Shown: positions 51,129 to 64,000 of the stretch, in pieces
Layout: each line of letters opens with the position of its first letter
How positions within the stretch are numbered: position 1 is the stretch's first letter
DNA from: Proteromonas lacertae
Taxonomy: Eukaryota
Reading direction: 5' to 3'
Assembly (NCBI GenBank): GCA_002245135.1
Contig: NGBS01000889.1
Location: 62,001-126,000, forward strand
Length of the DNA: 64,000 nucleotides
Program-made: the position numbers and the translations under genes
The notes under the pieces: generated by a model
Told to the model about the DNA's origin: nothing
What the model saw: only the letters and a program-made list of their open reading frames with translations
Database searches by the model: none

Positions 51129-54100
51129 TTATTGTTTCTCTTTTGTTGTTGCTAATTTACTCATTGTCATTTGCTTTGTATGAGTTAATGTACTCATTTG
51201 ACTTGATTTAAATACAGAATTAGATTGAGATATCTTACTTGTTGTAGATAATGATGCTGATATTGATCCACCTTTTGATTGAACAGCAGAACTTCCAGAA
51301 GATGTGATTTTCTTTGCATCTTCATCAACAAATATCAATACTTGTTTTATACCAAACTGGAATACACTCACCAGTATTATTGATATTTGTATTCCCATTC
51401 CTCTTGTTAATAACACAGAATCAGGTTCACTGGATATACTAAAATCTATTAATGTCATTACTCCTCCTAACACAGATAAATTCTATTAAGAATTTCTAAT
51501 CATCTTTTAAATATTACAATTAAAAAGAAAAAAAAGATATTTAAAACACAAGCTGATAAAAACAATCCTAAAGAATCATTGTGTTCATTAGCTACATCTT
51601 TAGTTCTCCAACTTGTATATAAGAAAAACAACAACATCAACCCATCAATCACTATTTCAATTACTGTAAATGTCACAGAATAAGAACATTCACGAATATA
51701 ACCATTCTCAAAATATGAACTATATTTTGTACTTGATACAGCAACATATCTATTCATTTATATTTACATTCATTATATATATTTATTATACTCATTTGGT
51801 TCAACATATCTCCACAATAAATGAAGTCCTACTCCTAAAAGTCCAAATGGAACTATAAAAGAGAATAATCTCATTGCAGTGATTGAAGTCTATTATAATT
51901 AAATATATTAAAACTATACTTTACTTATCTTTAATCTCTTAACTCCAATTTTAAAGAAGATTTTCGTTTCTTTTGCTAATAATACTGCTAATAACAATTT
52001 TACACATAATCCTAATAACAATGGTCTTAACATACAAATATCATTATCTTCACTTGGAGCTATTGCCATTGGTATTCCTGACAATGAAGTACATAACAAT
52101 AAGATTGATAATAGGAAATTGTATGGTCTTCCAAATGCACGAATTATCTTTTGATTTCGATGAATAACTGTGAAGATAAAAGAGATTAATGAAAGTAATG
52201 AAGCTAAACCCATTAAAACATAAAACACAGCTAATATTCCACTACTATATTCAAATGCCACTTCTCTTTTACCAAAATTACATTTCATGTTTGCATCAGT
52301 AAATGGATTAGCTTCGATTGCTATTGCTTCACTACCTCGATATGGATAGATTTGATTTAATTGACCTTTCTGATTTATCTCAAATATATACACATTCTTT
52401 GTTACATAACCTGAATTCTCGACTTTTATTGAACCAGAAGCTGTTTCTATCCTTGTTCCAATTGTACATACTTCAAGATAATCTAATGGTGGAATGTCTT
52501 TTCCACTATCACTAGCTGCTTGAATCATTGCATTCTTCCATATTGATATAGCTATATCAGTATTTTCTAACTCTTCAGATACTTCTACATTCACTCCTAT
52601 ATTTGATTTAGTATCAGATATGAAGGATTCAGCTGTTGAAGATGATAAAGTAGAAGTAAAACTAGATACTACTAGAGATCTTTCAAATTTTGATAATAAT
52701 TCTTCACTATATTCATAAGAAGAATATTTCAATATCACCAATTTCATTGAAGTTGTTAAACTATTACTATCAGATAAATAATTCAATAACAATAAACTGT
52801 TGCTATAATCAAGACCATTTAATACTATTCAATAAATATAGAAACATATAAAGATATACATGCTATTCTATTATCTTCTTCATCTTCAAAATTCTTCACT
52901 CTTCTTATTATTTCTTTACCATCATCATCAACAAATTTTGAACTTGTTAATGTGAAAGATTTTACTTCACCTTTGGATTTCTTTTTCACATAATCTAATA
53001 AAATACTATAATAATTCTTATTCCTATTACATTATATAAAACATTCAATATATTATTATACAGATCTGTATCATCACCAATATACAAATATTTCTTTATT
53101 CCTTGATCAAACAAATAATCAACTACCAATGATAATAACTGATATGGAGTATTTCCAATTGTTATTGTAGAATCCAAACAATCATTTCCTTCACCTACAC
53201 CTAAATAGTAGAAGAATTTATCATAAGATTTTATCTCATTTTCGATCATATTTCGACAATCAATTGATTGACAACCAAATATTGTTCTTACACTTGAATC
53301 ATTCAAATATGGACTTAATCTCTCATGGAATTCTTCAGCATTACTACCATATATAAACACTGGAATTATAAAATAACCATTCAGTTTGTTATAGTTTATA
53401 TCTTGAATCATATAAGATTCATAATTCTGTAATATCAATTCTCTCTCTCGATTCTTCTCTTCATGAATAAATATTACTTTCATATTCTTTAATAAATAAT
53501 AATCTCCTTTATCTGTCCAATCACATGTATATCCTGCATTTCCTTCTATTAATTGATCATATGCTTCAGATTGAACTGGTTTTGAAGCAGATTCAGTTAT
53601 TCGAAATTTACCTTCTTCAGTCACTTCAGCTAAAAACATGATTCGATTGGCTATTCCATTAGTATTCATTTCCAATAAACCAGTTGGACTATCATATGTA
53701 TAACCATATATTGTAGATCGAAGAGATTCAGTATCAAAGGAATAAGTGTTTGTTACTACATCTGCCCATAGTTTCACAGCTGTATAAGCAGCTTCCATTG
53801 CAGCTGAGATTATCACTTTATTTCCAAAACTATTCTTCACTGCTGTTACAAATGTCTCTGCAGCTGCTAGATAAGTTAATGAATCAGAACTTGCATCACC
53901 CATTTCTTGAATAAATGTTGTTACTACTGATACTCCAGCCATACAACTAAAATCAAGTGATGACACTATTCGAGAATCTAATGTTGCACTATAAATATGA
54001 GCTGTTTTACCTGTTATTCCATGAGAACAGTAATAAGTATATATTGGATTCTCGGCATCTGCTCCAGATACATGAATTATTGCACTTTTACTGATTATTT

Positions 54101-57100
54101 CCATTCCTAAATTGTATAATGGATCTAAATCAGTATAATTATATGGTCCATATATCTTCCCATTTATTCTTTCAATACTTGGAATTGTGGCTTTACAAAG
54201 AACTACAGAAAATGAATTACTTATATCCATCACTAATATGAATGATTTATAATATGGATAAACATATTTTTCAAATGATCGAACTATTTGACTTGTTGTG
54301 GATTGACTTACAAAAGTATAACCACTACATACTTCGGTTGCTGTTACTCCTGGATAAAAATAAGGCTTTTTATATTGCTCAAATGTCTTATACATATTCA
54401 TTAGATTCTTATATCTTCCATTACCAAATACAGCTACTACTTCATCTAATCGACACAAATCTTTAGATTGACTTACATATTTTTCTAAATTCGATTCAGG
54501 ATCTCTCACTTCTAATAAGATTTTTCTTCCCAACACTCCACCATTTGTATTTATTTCATTTGCTGCTAATATTATTCCATCAGATAAAGCTCTTTCAGTT
54601 ACACTGAATGTTCCTGTCAAAGAATTTATTACTCCTATTGTCACTGTTTGATCTTTATGATGAGATCCAATTGTTTTATCAGCAAAATCACAAAGATATG
54701 TTCCATCATTTACAAACTTCTTATAAACAACAGGAACTATCTCAGAACTAGAAGTATATTCAATTGTAAATTTATTGTCTTTAAATAATGCAAATGATAA
54801 GAAATGAGATAAGTAATTACTTGGCTTTAAACTCACTTTTCCTTCAGGAGAATCAAATTCTCGATTATAAATGTATTTATTTATCATACTTAGATTTGTA
54901 CTTCCTGCTTCTTCTACTGCTTCAGCCCAAATATTAAATATCACATATGTAGATTCCATTAATTCAGAGATTGGATCACTTGTATATGCTTTTACTTTTG
55001 AAACAAATTCTTTACTTTTACTGGTTTCTAAAGCACTGAAGAAAGCTTGAGAAGAATAAAATTCATTCACATTTGTTCCTATCATATTTTCACCTGTTGT
55101 ATAACTAATCAAATGAATCTTTGATAAATCAACATTATTATCAGAAAATGCTTTTGATAAACCAAGATGATTCTCTTTACTTCCAAAAAAGATTATTGTT
55201 CCACCATTTGGAGAAGATTCAACTATATCATTCATAATTTCATTAAAATCAGTTAAACCTGGATCAACTGTTTTAGATAATAACAAAGTAGCAGATTTAA
55301 ATTCTAAATATTTCGTTAAATATTCAACTGCTTTTTTACTATAAGCATTAGTTGTTCCAATTATATGGAAATTACATTTAGATTCATCATTGATATCATA
55401 ATAAATATCCACTATTCGATCAAGCACACTTGGTTCTTTACTTGATATAAACACATTTTCTTCACATAATTCTCCTCCTGCATAGTTTATTCGGAATAAC
55501 GGAATATCAAGATGAGCCATTGAAGGCAAAAATGATTTAACACAATCAGAAGTTGAAGTAGTAAATATCACATCTGGATTTAAGGTTTTAAGCGTTTCTT
55601 TCACTTTATCTACACAGATGTCATTATCTGATTCATCATCAACCACTGTAAGAAAGAATTCTCGATTTAATAATCCTCCTTTATATTTTTCAGTCACTTC
55701 ATTCATTGCTAAATTAATTATTGTTTGTAAACCAGTATATAAAGATCTACTTCCACCACTGTTAGATATTACAAGTAAAACATCTAATGCTTTTATCTGT
55801 TTCTTTTCACCTATTGAACTATCATTATAATTACATATATAACCGTGTGTACTTTCTATATCCCAATTCCATGCCATTGGAGTTTGAGTAACAGATTGAG
55901 AAGATACTATTTCCATCTCTTCACTATTCCTTTTCCATCTTGCTATATAGAAAAATAATGATGTATAATGGTTGTTATTCATTTCTACTTTTCCACTTCC
56001 ACTTTCAACTGTTGATAAATACATATGTGGAATATAATCTAATTCATTAAAACTATGAGATGCATTCACAGCTTTAGACCAAAACTGTAATGCTATATAA
56101 ACTGAATCACCATACATTGTATGACTTGTTCTTCCTGTATATTCATATATTTCATTATGGAATTTAGAATCAGGATTCATTTCATCAAAATATGAACCAA
56201 CTAACAATAGTTCATATGAAGCAGTGTGAGAAGTTAATTTCATTATTGACCTATCAGCATTTAAACATATATATCTAAACACAGATCCATCAATCACATA
56301 TTGATCAAAATATTCTAAAAATGATGCTAATTCTATATCGGTAGTGTAGTAATAATAGTTCCACCTAAATAATTCTTGAGTAATAGTTTGTGAAACATCA
56401 TTCTGTTGAGATAAATCATTTACATAATATGTTTGAACTTCATAACTACCTGACAATTTAAATGATAATACTCTAAATATATCATCACTAAATTCACCAG
56501 TATAACCAAGAAAATATAGAGATTTTGAATAATCATCTACAGTTGATGCTAAATATGTCACTATTGGATCAATAAATTGATTTGGTATTGCTCCGGTGTA
56601 AAATACATTATAAGAACATTCTTGGCCTTGAAATATTGTTGGATACCACAATAATTTATCATATTCTAATAAGAATTTTGATACAGTTGTTCTACATTTG
56701 TTCAAATAACAACCAATAAATGTCACTATCTTTGGATTCTTTATTGCTTCTTTTATTACATCCAATTCAGATTTACTTCCTGTATCAAATATCTTATAAT
56801 CAACAAAACAACCATTTAATCCACCATTCTCATTTATTGATTTTATTCCACCAACTATTGGATCAATTGCTGTATATTCTAATTCACTTGTACTTCCACT
56901 TATTGAAATCAACAAACCAACCAATACATATTCTTCACTTATTTTACCACTTTCATTATTTCGAATCCAATCACATTGATATATTCCTTCACTTAAATAA
57001 TGACTGTTATATTCATTTGCTGTTGATTCACTTGTTATACTAAGAACAGATTTTGTATTATAACCATTAGTAGAATCAGATGACATTTCATACAAACTAA

Positions 57101-60100
57101 ATGAATAACTAACATGATGATTTACACCAGTATGAATCTTAGGGAAATAACTTATACTATTTCCTTCATGCAGTTTGTCTAATACATCATTAAAACTATA
57201 AGGAATAGTATTTGCATTATTTTCATCTACTTTTAGATTTAATGATTTGAGAGTATTATCAACTAGTAAAATCGATATTATTGCACTTGGTAACAATTCG
57301 GCATCGGTTGTATAATGAGCAAAAGTGGTTTGAAATATTTCTGTTAGTTTATCTCCAGGTTTATATAATTCAGTTATTATATCTGTATGACTGAAACACA
57401 TGTAATGACCATTTATACGATTTGATATAGCTATAGAATCAACTGATCTTATAAAGAAATTCACTATCTTGTAGGTTGGATATTTATGTCCTTTCTCATC
57501 CATTTCAATCAAAAAATCAGTTGCTGCTTTACCATCTAATAAGGAGATTATCACACCGGAACTTAACTCATTAGTGATTGTTGAAACTATATCTTCCATT
57601 TTATAGTTTATCATTGGAATTTGAAATAGTCTTATCACATTTATTCCTCTTTCTTTATACCACATATTTACTTGATTTGCCATTTCTTTATAACTTACAC
57701 CTTCGGAATATACTACATAGATTGTCTTACCTAAATGAGAATCTATCCAAGATATTACTGGATATTTTGTTGGAAATGGAATTCCAGTATAAAATACATT
57801 CTTATTACAATCATCACCATCATAATCTGTTGGATAAAATAATATTAAACCTTCTTCTTCGAAATCAGTCAAAAATTGATCTTTTAATTCATCACCATAA
57901 AGACCAAAGACAAATAATGTTTTATATTTCGATTTTATCTCATGAATAAATCTTCGTATACTTTCAACATCACCTCCACTATCATATATTATTGGATTAT
58001 AGTATAAACCACTTCCACTTTCTTCTTTGTTTAAATATTCAATTGTTGATAAATAACTAGATATTAAATCCACTCCACGATAAGCAAATGAACCAGTACT
58101 TGGATATAATAATACTAATGATATTACTATTTTGTTTTTATTGTTATTATTATTATTATTCTTTATATCACATTCTTTTCGATTTGATAGTATTTCATTA
58201 AAATTACTACGATAAGTATCACTATCCCATTTCTTATATAATATCACTTTTTCTACCATTTTACCATCTTTACTAGTTAATAGTGACATTGGGAAATTTA
58301 CATAATTATCAGATCCGATTGAGATTTTTCCAAAAGATGTACTTATTGAATTAGATTGAAGATATTCCAATATATTAATTGAGTTTATATCAGATTTTAA
58401 ACCATTTATTATATATTCGATTGTGGCTATTCCAATTGATTCACTTTCAGATAATACACTATCATTTCCAAAGGTTGACATTCTCAATTCACTTATTAAA
58501 CTATCATCAGATAAATAACATAAACTCTCACAATAATGACCTTCTCGATATTTTTTATCAACTTTCTTGAAATTTTCGATTTTTCTTGATACTATTCGAT
58601 ATTTAGATGAGATTTCTAAACTGTTTTCATATTCTTTATGATTTAAATAACTCATTATATTGAATAGTTTTTCATACATTATATTACTTGTTTCACTTTC
58701 TAAGAAATTAAATATTATACCACCATCATTTAAGTATTTTCTTACTGAAGAAATTGCAGATGATACTTTTGATTTTATATTTTTTATATCTGTTTCATTT
58801 ACTTTATATTCTTTTGAGATTATCGCTCCTAATGCATTTATTGAACTATTTAATAATTCATAATCAGATGTTTCTTCAAAACCAATTGGATAAATCAAGA
58901 TTATCTTAGTTACAGATTCAGATAATAAATATTCTATTAATGGTAAGATTCTTCGAGATGGAGATGTGGATGAGTGAATTCTATTTAAATATTATATAAC
59001 AAAACAATATATATATATATATATATACATTTTATCATCACATATATTTGAATCTTCTTGGCGAATTGAAAAAATAGTAACATTATGTTCTTCTATTTCA
59101 CTTTTATGACTTTCTATTATTTCTCTATTACAATTACTAATTATTATTTCATAATCAGTATTGTTTATCATCTCACTTAACTTTTCACTATTATCTAAAC
59201 AATATCGAACTGACAATTGAAGTGAATTTCCTTTAAATCCTCCATTTGAATTTATATATATTTCATATTGTTTTAGAATGTAATAGATTCGATCATCTTT
59301 ATCATCTTCATTTAACCAAATTCCTACTCTTGTATTAGAACTTTTTATTAATTCATCACTTACTGTAAAATCGTTTTTATATTCATCATCATCTTCACGA
59401 AATACCATTGAATATTGATTTTGTAATCTAAAACCATTTCGAGGTAATAATATTATTTCATATTCATTATTTATATAATGATTCAAGAAAATCTTTATTC
59501 CAATTAAATTATTACTTTCAATCGAATTGTAGCCTATTGGCAAATCATATTTATTTCGATATAACTCTTTTAGTATTGATTCACTCTTTTCATCATTTAT
59601 CAATGGCATAACTGAATTTAAAATTGATAATGAATTAAACATTGCATAACTTATCTCATTACACATTTCATTTGATTTCCCAGAATTAGAATCTATAAAT
59701 TCCATCCAAGCAAAATTAGATCCACTATCTAAAAGATTTGAATAACTGGAAATAAAATAAACATCATTGAATCGATTATTATCTCCTTTGTTACAATCTA
59801 TTATGTTTTCTACTATATCTAGAATTATTACTTTATAATTCTTTCGATTCATATCATTCTCATTCATTAAATCTAAAAATTCAATTATATTATCATTTAT
59901 TATGGTATATATTGACACTTTACTGTAATTACAGTGAATTTCATTTATTGTTTCATTTATACTCTCATAACTAGTATTCTTTAATTCAATTTCTACACAG
60001 GTTATGGATTTTATTATTTCTGAACTCTTCTTTACATTGGAACTGATTAATCTACTTGAATTAGTATCTAAATGGATTATTACACAATTTTCACTTTCTT

Positions 60101-62858
60101 GAGAAAAATAACCTAATAATAAATCACTGTAATGGTTGGGAATTCGATTTAATGTCACTATATTCTTATAACATTCTTCACCTTCTCCTGGATTAACTAC
60201 AAATAATAGTTTATCTCCTCTTATCAAATATTTATTCATTATTTCTCTTTCTTCATTTCTGAAATTGATATTAAAGAAATTATTCTAATATATTAATTAT
60301 ATATATTTTAAAAAAAGATATGATTCACTTCCAAAAAAGGCAACAATTGCACTATCATTATAATAACGATCCATATAATTAGTTAATTCAGATAAACTTC
60401 GGATTATTGGTCTTCGAGGTATTATTCGATGATTATTTATTCCACCATGTAATCGGTTTGTTGCAGCTGTCATTCCATAAAAATATTGACTGTAGAAATC
60501 GTCATATAAATCATCATATTTTGTTGATATTCTTATATAAACAGCAATATAATAGGATTGCTTTATTTCTTTACCATTACACCAATCACATTTTCGATAT
60601 ATATCTGAAAAACTCATACTTTGATCAATATAGATAGATTTTGATTCTAATTCAGCTGTTCCATTTTTTATTATACCAATAAATAAATAACTTTCTAAAT
60701 ATCCTTCATTATTCCAACTGATTCTTCCTCCTGCACTTTCACTTATTGAATGTTCAATTGATTCTTTAAATGATTTAAAATCCACTTGACCTATCAGATT
60801 GATTGTTTCAACAAATAGTTTTATTATTGAATAACTTAAAGACATTGTCGAGGTTAATATTGGTTCATCACTAAATACTTTTAAAGATTCTTTCAAAGAT
60901 TTACTACTCTCACTTTCATAACTATTTATATAGCTATTCATTATTATTGCATTTTCAAAGATCTCTTTTTCATAATGATTAACTATTATTTCATCTAAAC
61001 TTAAACTCAACACTGGATAATCTACACTATTCATTGTTATTGTTTCATTATATTTATAGAAAAACCAATAGTTATATTCTCTTTCTATTACACTTATTAT
61101 CAAACAATTGCCTTTACAATATGTACCAATCTGAGAAACTGCATCATAAGCACTTGTTGCACTTACATCTTTCATTTCATAACTTCCTTTATAGTTTAAA
61201 TTCTTTTCACCTTTTATAAATGAAGAAATTATCTCATAGCTTTTGACTGAAGACTTCTCACTTGAATATAATATAAAAACATTCTGATGTTTCTTTAATA
61301 AATTTTGATAACTTCGAGTTATTAGATTATAAGTCATTGGTTGACTGTATAATACATTTCCATTACAATTATCACCACTTACACTTCCTAAATGTAAAAA
61401 GGGAAATTTATATTTTTCACTTACTATCTCTTCCAATTTACCATATTCTAGTGTATTTACTATACAGATTATATTATATTCTTTCAGCTTTGAATCAATC
61501 TCAGATTGGATGATTGATGATTCTTTTGATCCATCAAAGTATATGGATATCAATGATTTTCCAAGAATTGAAGATTTCGAGTAATATTCATCTATACTTA
61601 TCTCTAAACTGTCTAATGTATAACCATCAAAGTAGCTTAAATCACCTTTAGTATTACTTATTATACCAATAAAATAGGTTTCATCACTTAAATAATTATC
61701 AGATTTTATTAAATTACAATATTTATTGGATGGAAATCCATTCACTTGACTACTTGGTACATTGAATGGAACTTTTATTACTTCTTTTATTACCATATCA
61801 CCACTATCTACATAACCGATTTTTATATTTCCTATTAATCGATGATTGGATAATAACGATATTGATAAATTACTGATAATTTCATATTTCTGATTATAGA
61901 AATTGAATCGAGTTTGTTCATAATCAAGTTTATTGTTGATTCTTTGGCTTGATAATATTTTCAATATTGTATATAGAATAACTTGTTCATCAGAATATGG
62001 AGTTGGTGGAGGTGGTGTAGTTGTTGGAACTGTTGAGGTTGGATCTACTGTTGTTGATGGAGTGTTTAAATCATTACTCATTTCAGTTGTATCAACTAAT
62101 AACATATTAGCTATCATATTCTCTTTACTTATTGGATTATAATCCTTAAATTCATTTATTGGGATTGAAAAAGTTATCATCTCAAAATTTGGATTACTTG
62201 TAAACAGACTTTCAAATTCAGTAATAACAGTAGCATCTCCAATGCTATTATAAATAATTACACTTTCTTTTATTTCTTTTAGTTTTGTAAAGAAATCAGT
62301 TATATCACTACTACTTGGATTTTCTTTTATCAAACAATATGACACATCATTTCCATAATATGTTAAATAATCTCTTAAACTCTCAACACAAGTCTTATCA
62401 AACTCATTTTTATATCCCAATATTATATTATGTCTGTAACGATGTTTGTAATGATTAACTACGAAAAATCGAGTATAACAACTATCAAAACCATAAACAA
62501 CATTTGAGAGACAAGTAGATAACGGATGATTCACTATATTAAATATATATACTTCATTTTCTACAGCAATTTGATTAAGTTCATCAGGCATAATTACATT
62601 TATTCCAATAGAAGCAAAGATGATTTTAATACCCTTTTCTTTTACTTGTTTAACATTATCTAAAATATTATTTTTATCAATATTATCTACTTTCACATCC
62701 ACTTCATAAGTGTTTGAATATTTACTACCAAATTTGGTTATCACTTCTTTTAAATCACTAGCTGATGAAGAAGTAGTTGTAAGAACAGCTATATCTTCAC
62801 CCAAGGCAATATAAAAAGAACTTAATAACAATACAATATTAAATAATGTGTAACGCAT
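51129..62858 (-). CDS. giant class C GPCR-like receptor with nine tandem UrtA/AmiC-type substrate-binding modules (about 3,800 aa, 7 introns)
   Basis: Signal peptide, then repeated INxNGGxxG / GxxC / DSPxG / CDW motifs. 7TM_3-like segments include IHRNQKIIRA, CMLRPLLLG..LLAK and RTKDVANEHNDS. The tail is Ser-rich. Confidence 0.85.
60259..60321 (-). other. U12-type intron, AT-AG, 63 nt
   Basis: ATATCTTTTT..TTTCTTTAAT-ATCAATTTCAG. Splicing gives FFGSESNEER, in register with sister modules. Confidence 0.7.
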
Positions 62859-62994
62859 TTTGAAATTTCATCAATTTTTTATACTTAAACTAAAGAGTTT
62901 ATAGATTTTTTTGGTTTGTACCTTTTCTCGCATTTAAAATAGTTTCATGTTTCATCGAAAAAATAAGAAAATATATATATTAAAAAAATTATCA

Positions 62995-64000
62995 CTAATG
63001 AAATGAATAATGTTTATTATAATAATTACTATTGTGATGATGATGATGAAAATTATTAGAATTTTGTGATTTTAAAGATTTATTGTTATTCTCATCTTCT
63101 TTTAATGCTTTCTTTCTTCTTCTATCTTCTTCATATTCTTCTCTAACTGTTCTCAACAACTTTTCATCAATTCTCTTACCCTAAGTGATAGATTATAAAT
63201 TAATTGAAATACTCGAAATAAACTCGGTATTTGTTCTATATCTTGAAATGTACATTGATTATCCATTAGCCATTCCAATTGTTCAATATGATGAATCAAA
63301 TAATCATGTATTTCTGGAGTTAATTCTTTAATTGATTCCTTATACTATTAAATATATATATATATACAGTAATATATTATACACCCAAACTAACCCATTT
63401 CATTGTTTCATCAATAGTGACAGTAACACAATTTTCAGTAATCAATCTATTTTAAATATAATATTATATATATACGTTGAATAAGGTTTTTTATCAGGTA
63501 ATATTTTTATACATCTACTAACTTCCCTAAAATATTCATTATTTAATATATCATTATAAACACATCTCAATCTATCAGCAATATCATTTTCTTTCTGTAT
63601 AGATGGAGGACAAACGAACTTAATATTTGGTTTAACCATATCAATACTATAACAAGTATATATATATATATATATATATACTTTTTTCTTATATTACCTT
63701 CACTTTGTCTTTCTTCTTTACTAATATCTACATTATTAACACGTCTGTGATGAGTAACAATTTCACTGTAGAACTCCAACGTATCTTCTAATCTTTCAGC
63801 CCAATGAACTCTTTTCTTTTGTTTCTTTGGTGATTCTTCTTCTTTCTTATTCGGCTTTGATATTGAAGGAAGTGATATTGGTTGTTTTTCTTCTACTTTC
63901 TCTGTTGATGCTACTGGTGATGGAATGCTATTATTATTATTATTTAGTATTTGTAATGATTGGACAATTAATGGATTTATTATATTATTTTCATTATTTT
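62995..64000 (-). CDS. hypothetical protein, 3' part (starts beyond the window); RVxW PP1-docking-like motif
   Basis: Exons are joined by GT-AG introns. KKRVHWAE near 63800; stop at 62995. Confidence 0.5.

Noticed and set aside
54242..62142. Plus-strand ORFs within the receptor gene
   Set aside because: They are antisense shadows with Leu/Ile-biased, motif-free translations.
52995..62858. Bacterial contamination or an urt operon
   Set aside because: The modules are fused in one frame, contain spliceosomal introns, match host composition and join a eukaryotic 7TM. There are no permease or ATPase genes.
1..64000. Stop codons created by polyadenylation (Blastocystis TGTTTGTT system)
   Set aside because: TGTT-rich tracts follow many genes (for example TGTTTGTT at 7624), but every complete model I built already has a genomic stop.
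1..64000. Stop-codon reassignment
   Set aside because: TAA, TAG and TGA all terminate genes. Apparent internal stops are explained by introns, one pseudogene and two probable indels.

Overview
This is an AT-rich, gene-dense eukaryotic nuclear window using the standard genetic code. It holds about 35 protein genes split by very short (mostly 25-40 nt) GTA..TAG introns, so the ORF track shows only exon fragments. The intron style and the U12-type introns suggest a Blastocystis/Opalinata-like stramenopile (inference). It also contains one tRNA-Lys(CTT), a decayed hAT-like transposon, two interleaved inverted duplications and a COG6 pseudogene fragment. The standout is an 11.7 kb gene (62858-51129, minus) encoding a roughly 3,800-aa receptor: a signal peptide, nine tandem bacterial UrtA/AmiC-like substrate-binding (Venus flytrap) modules and a class C GPCR 7TM domain. 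Other notable items are minor-spliceosome-type introns with three different termini (AT-AA, AT-AC, AT-AG), an intronless class M sirtuin, an atypical TFIIB-related factor, two pseudokinase-LRR fusions and retained ciliary genes (IFT81). Gene models were spliced by eye and family calls rest on motif recognition, not database searches.
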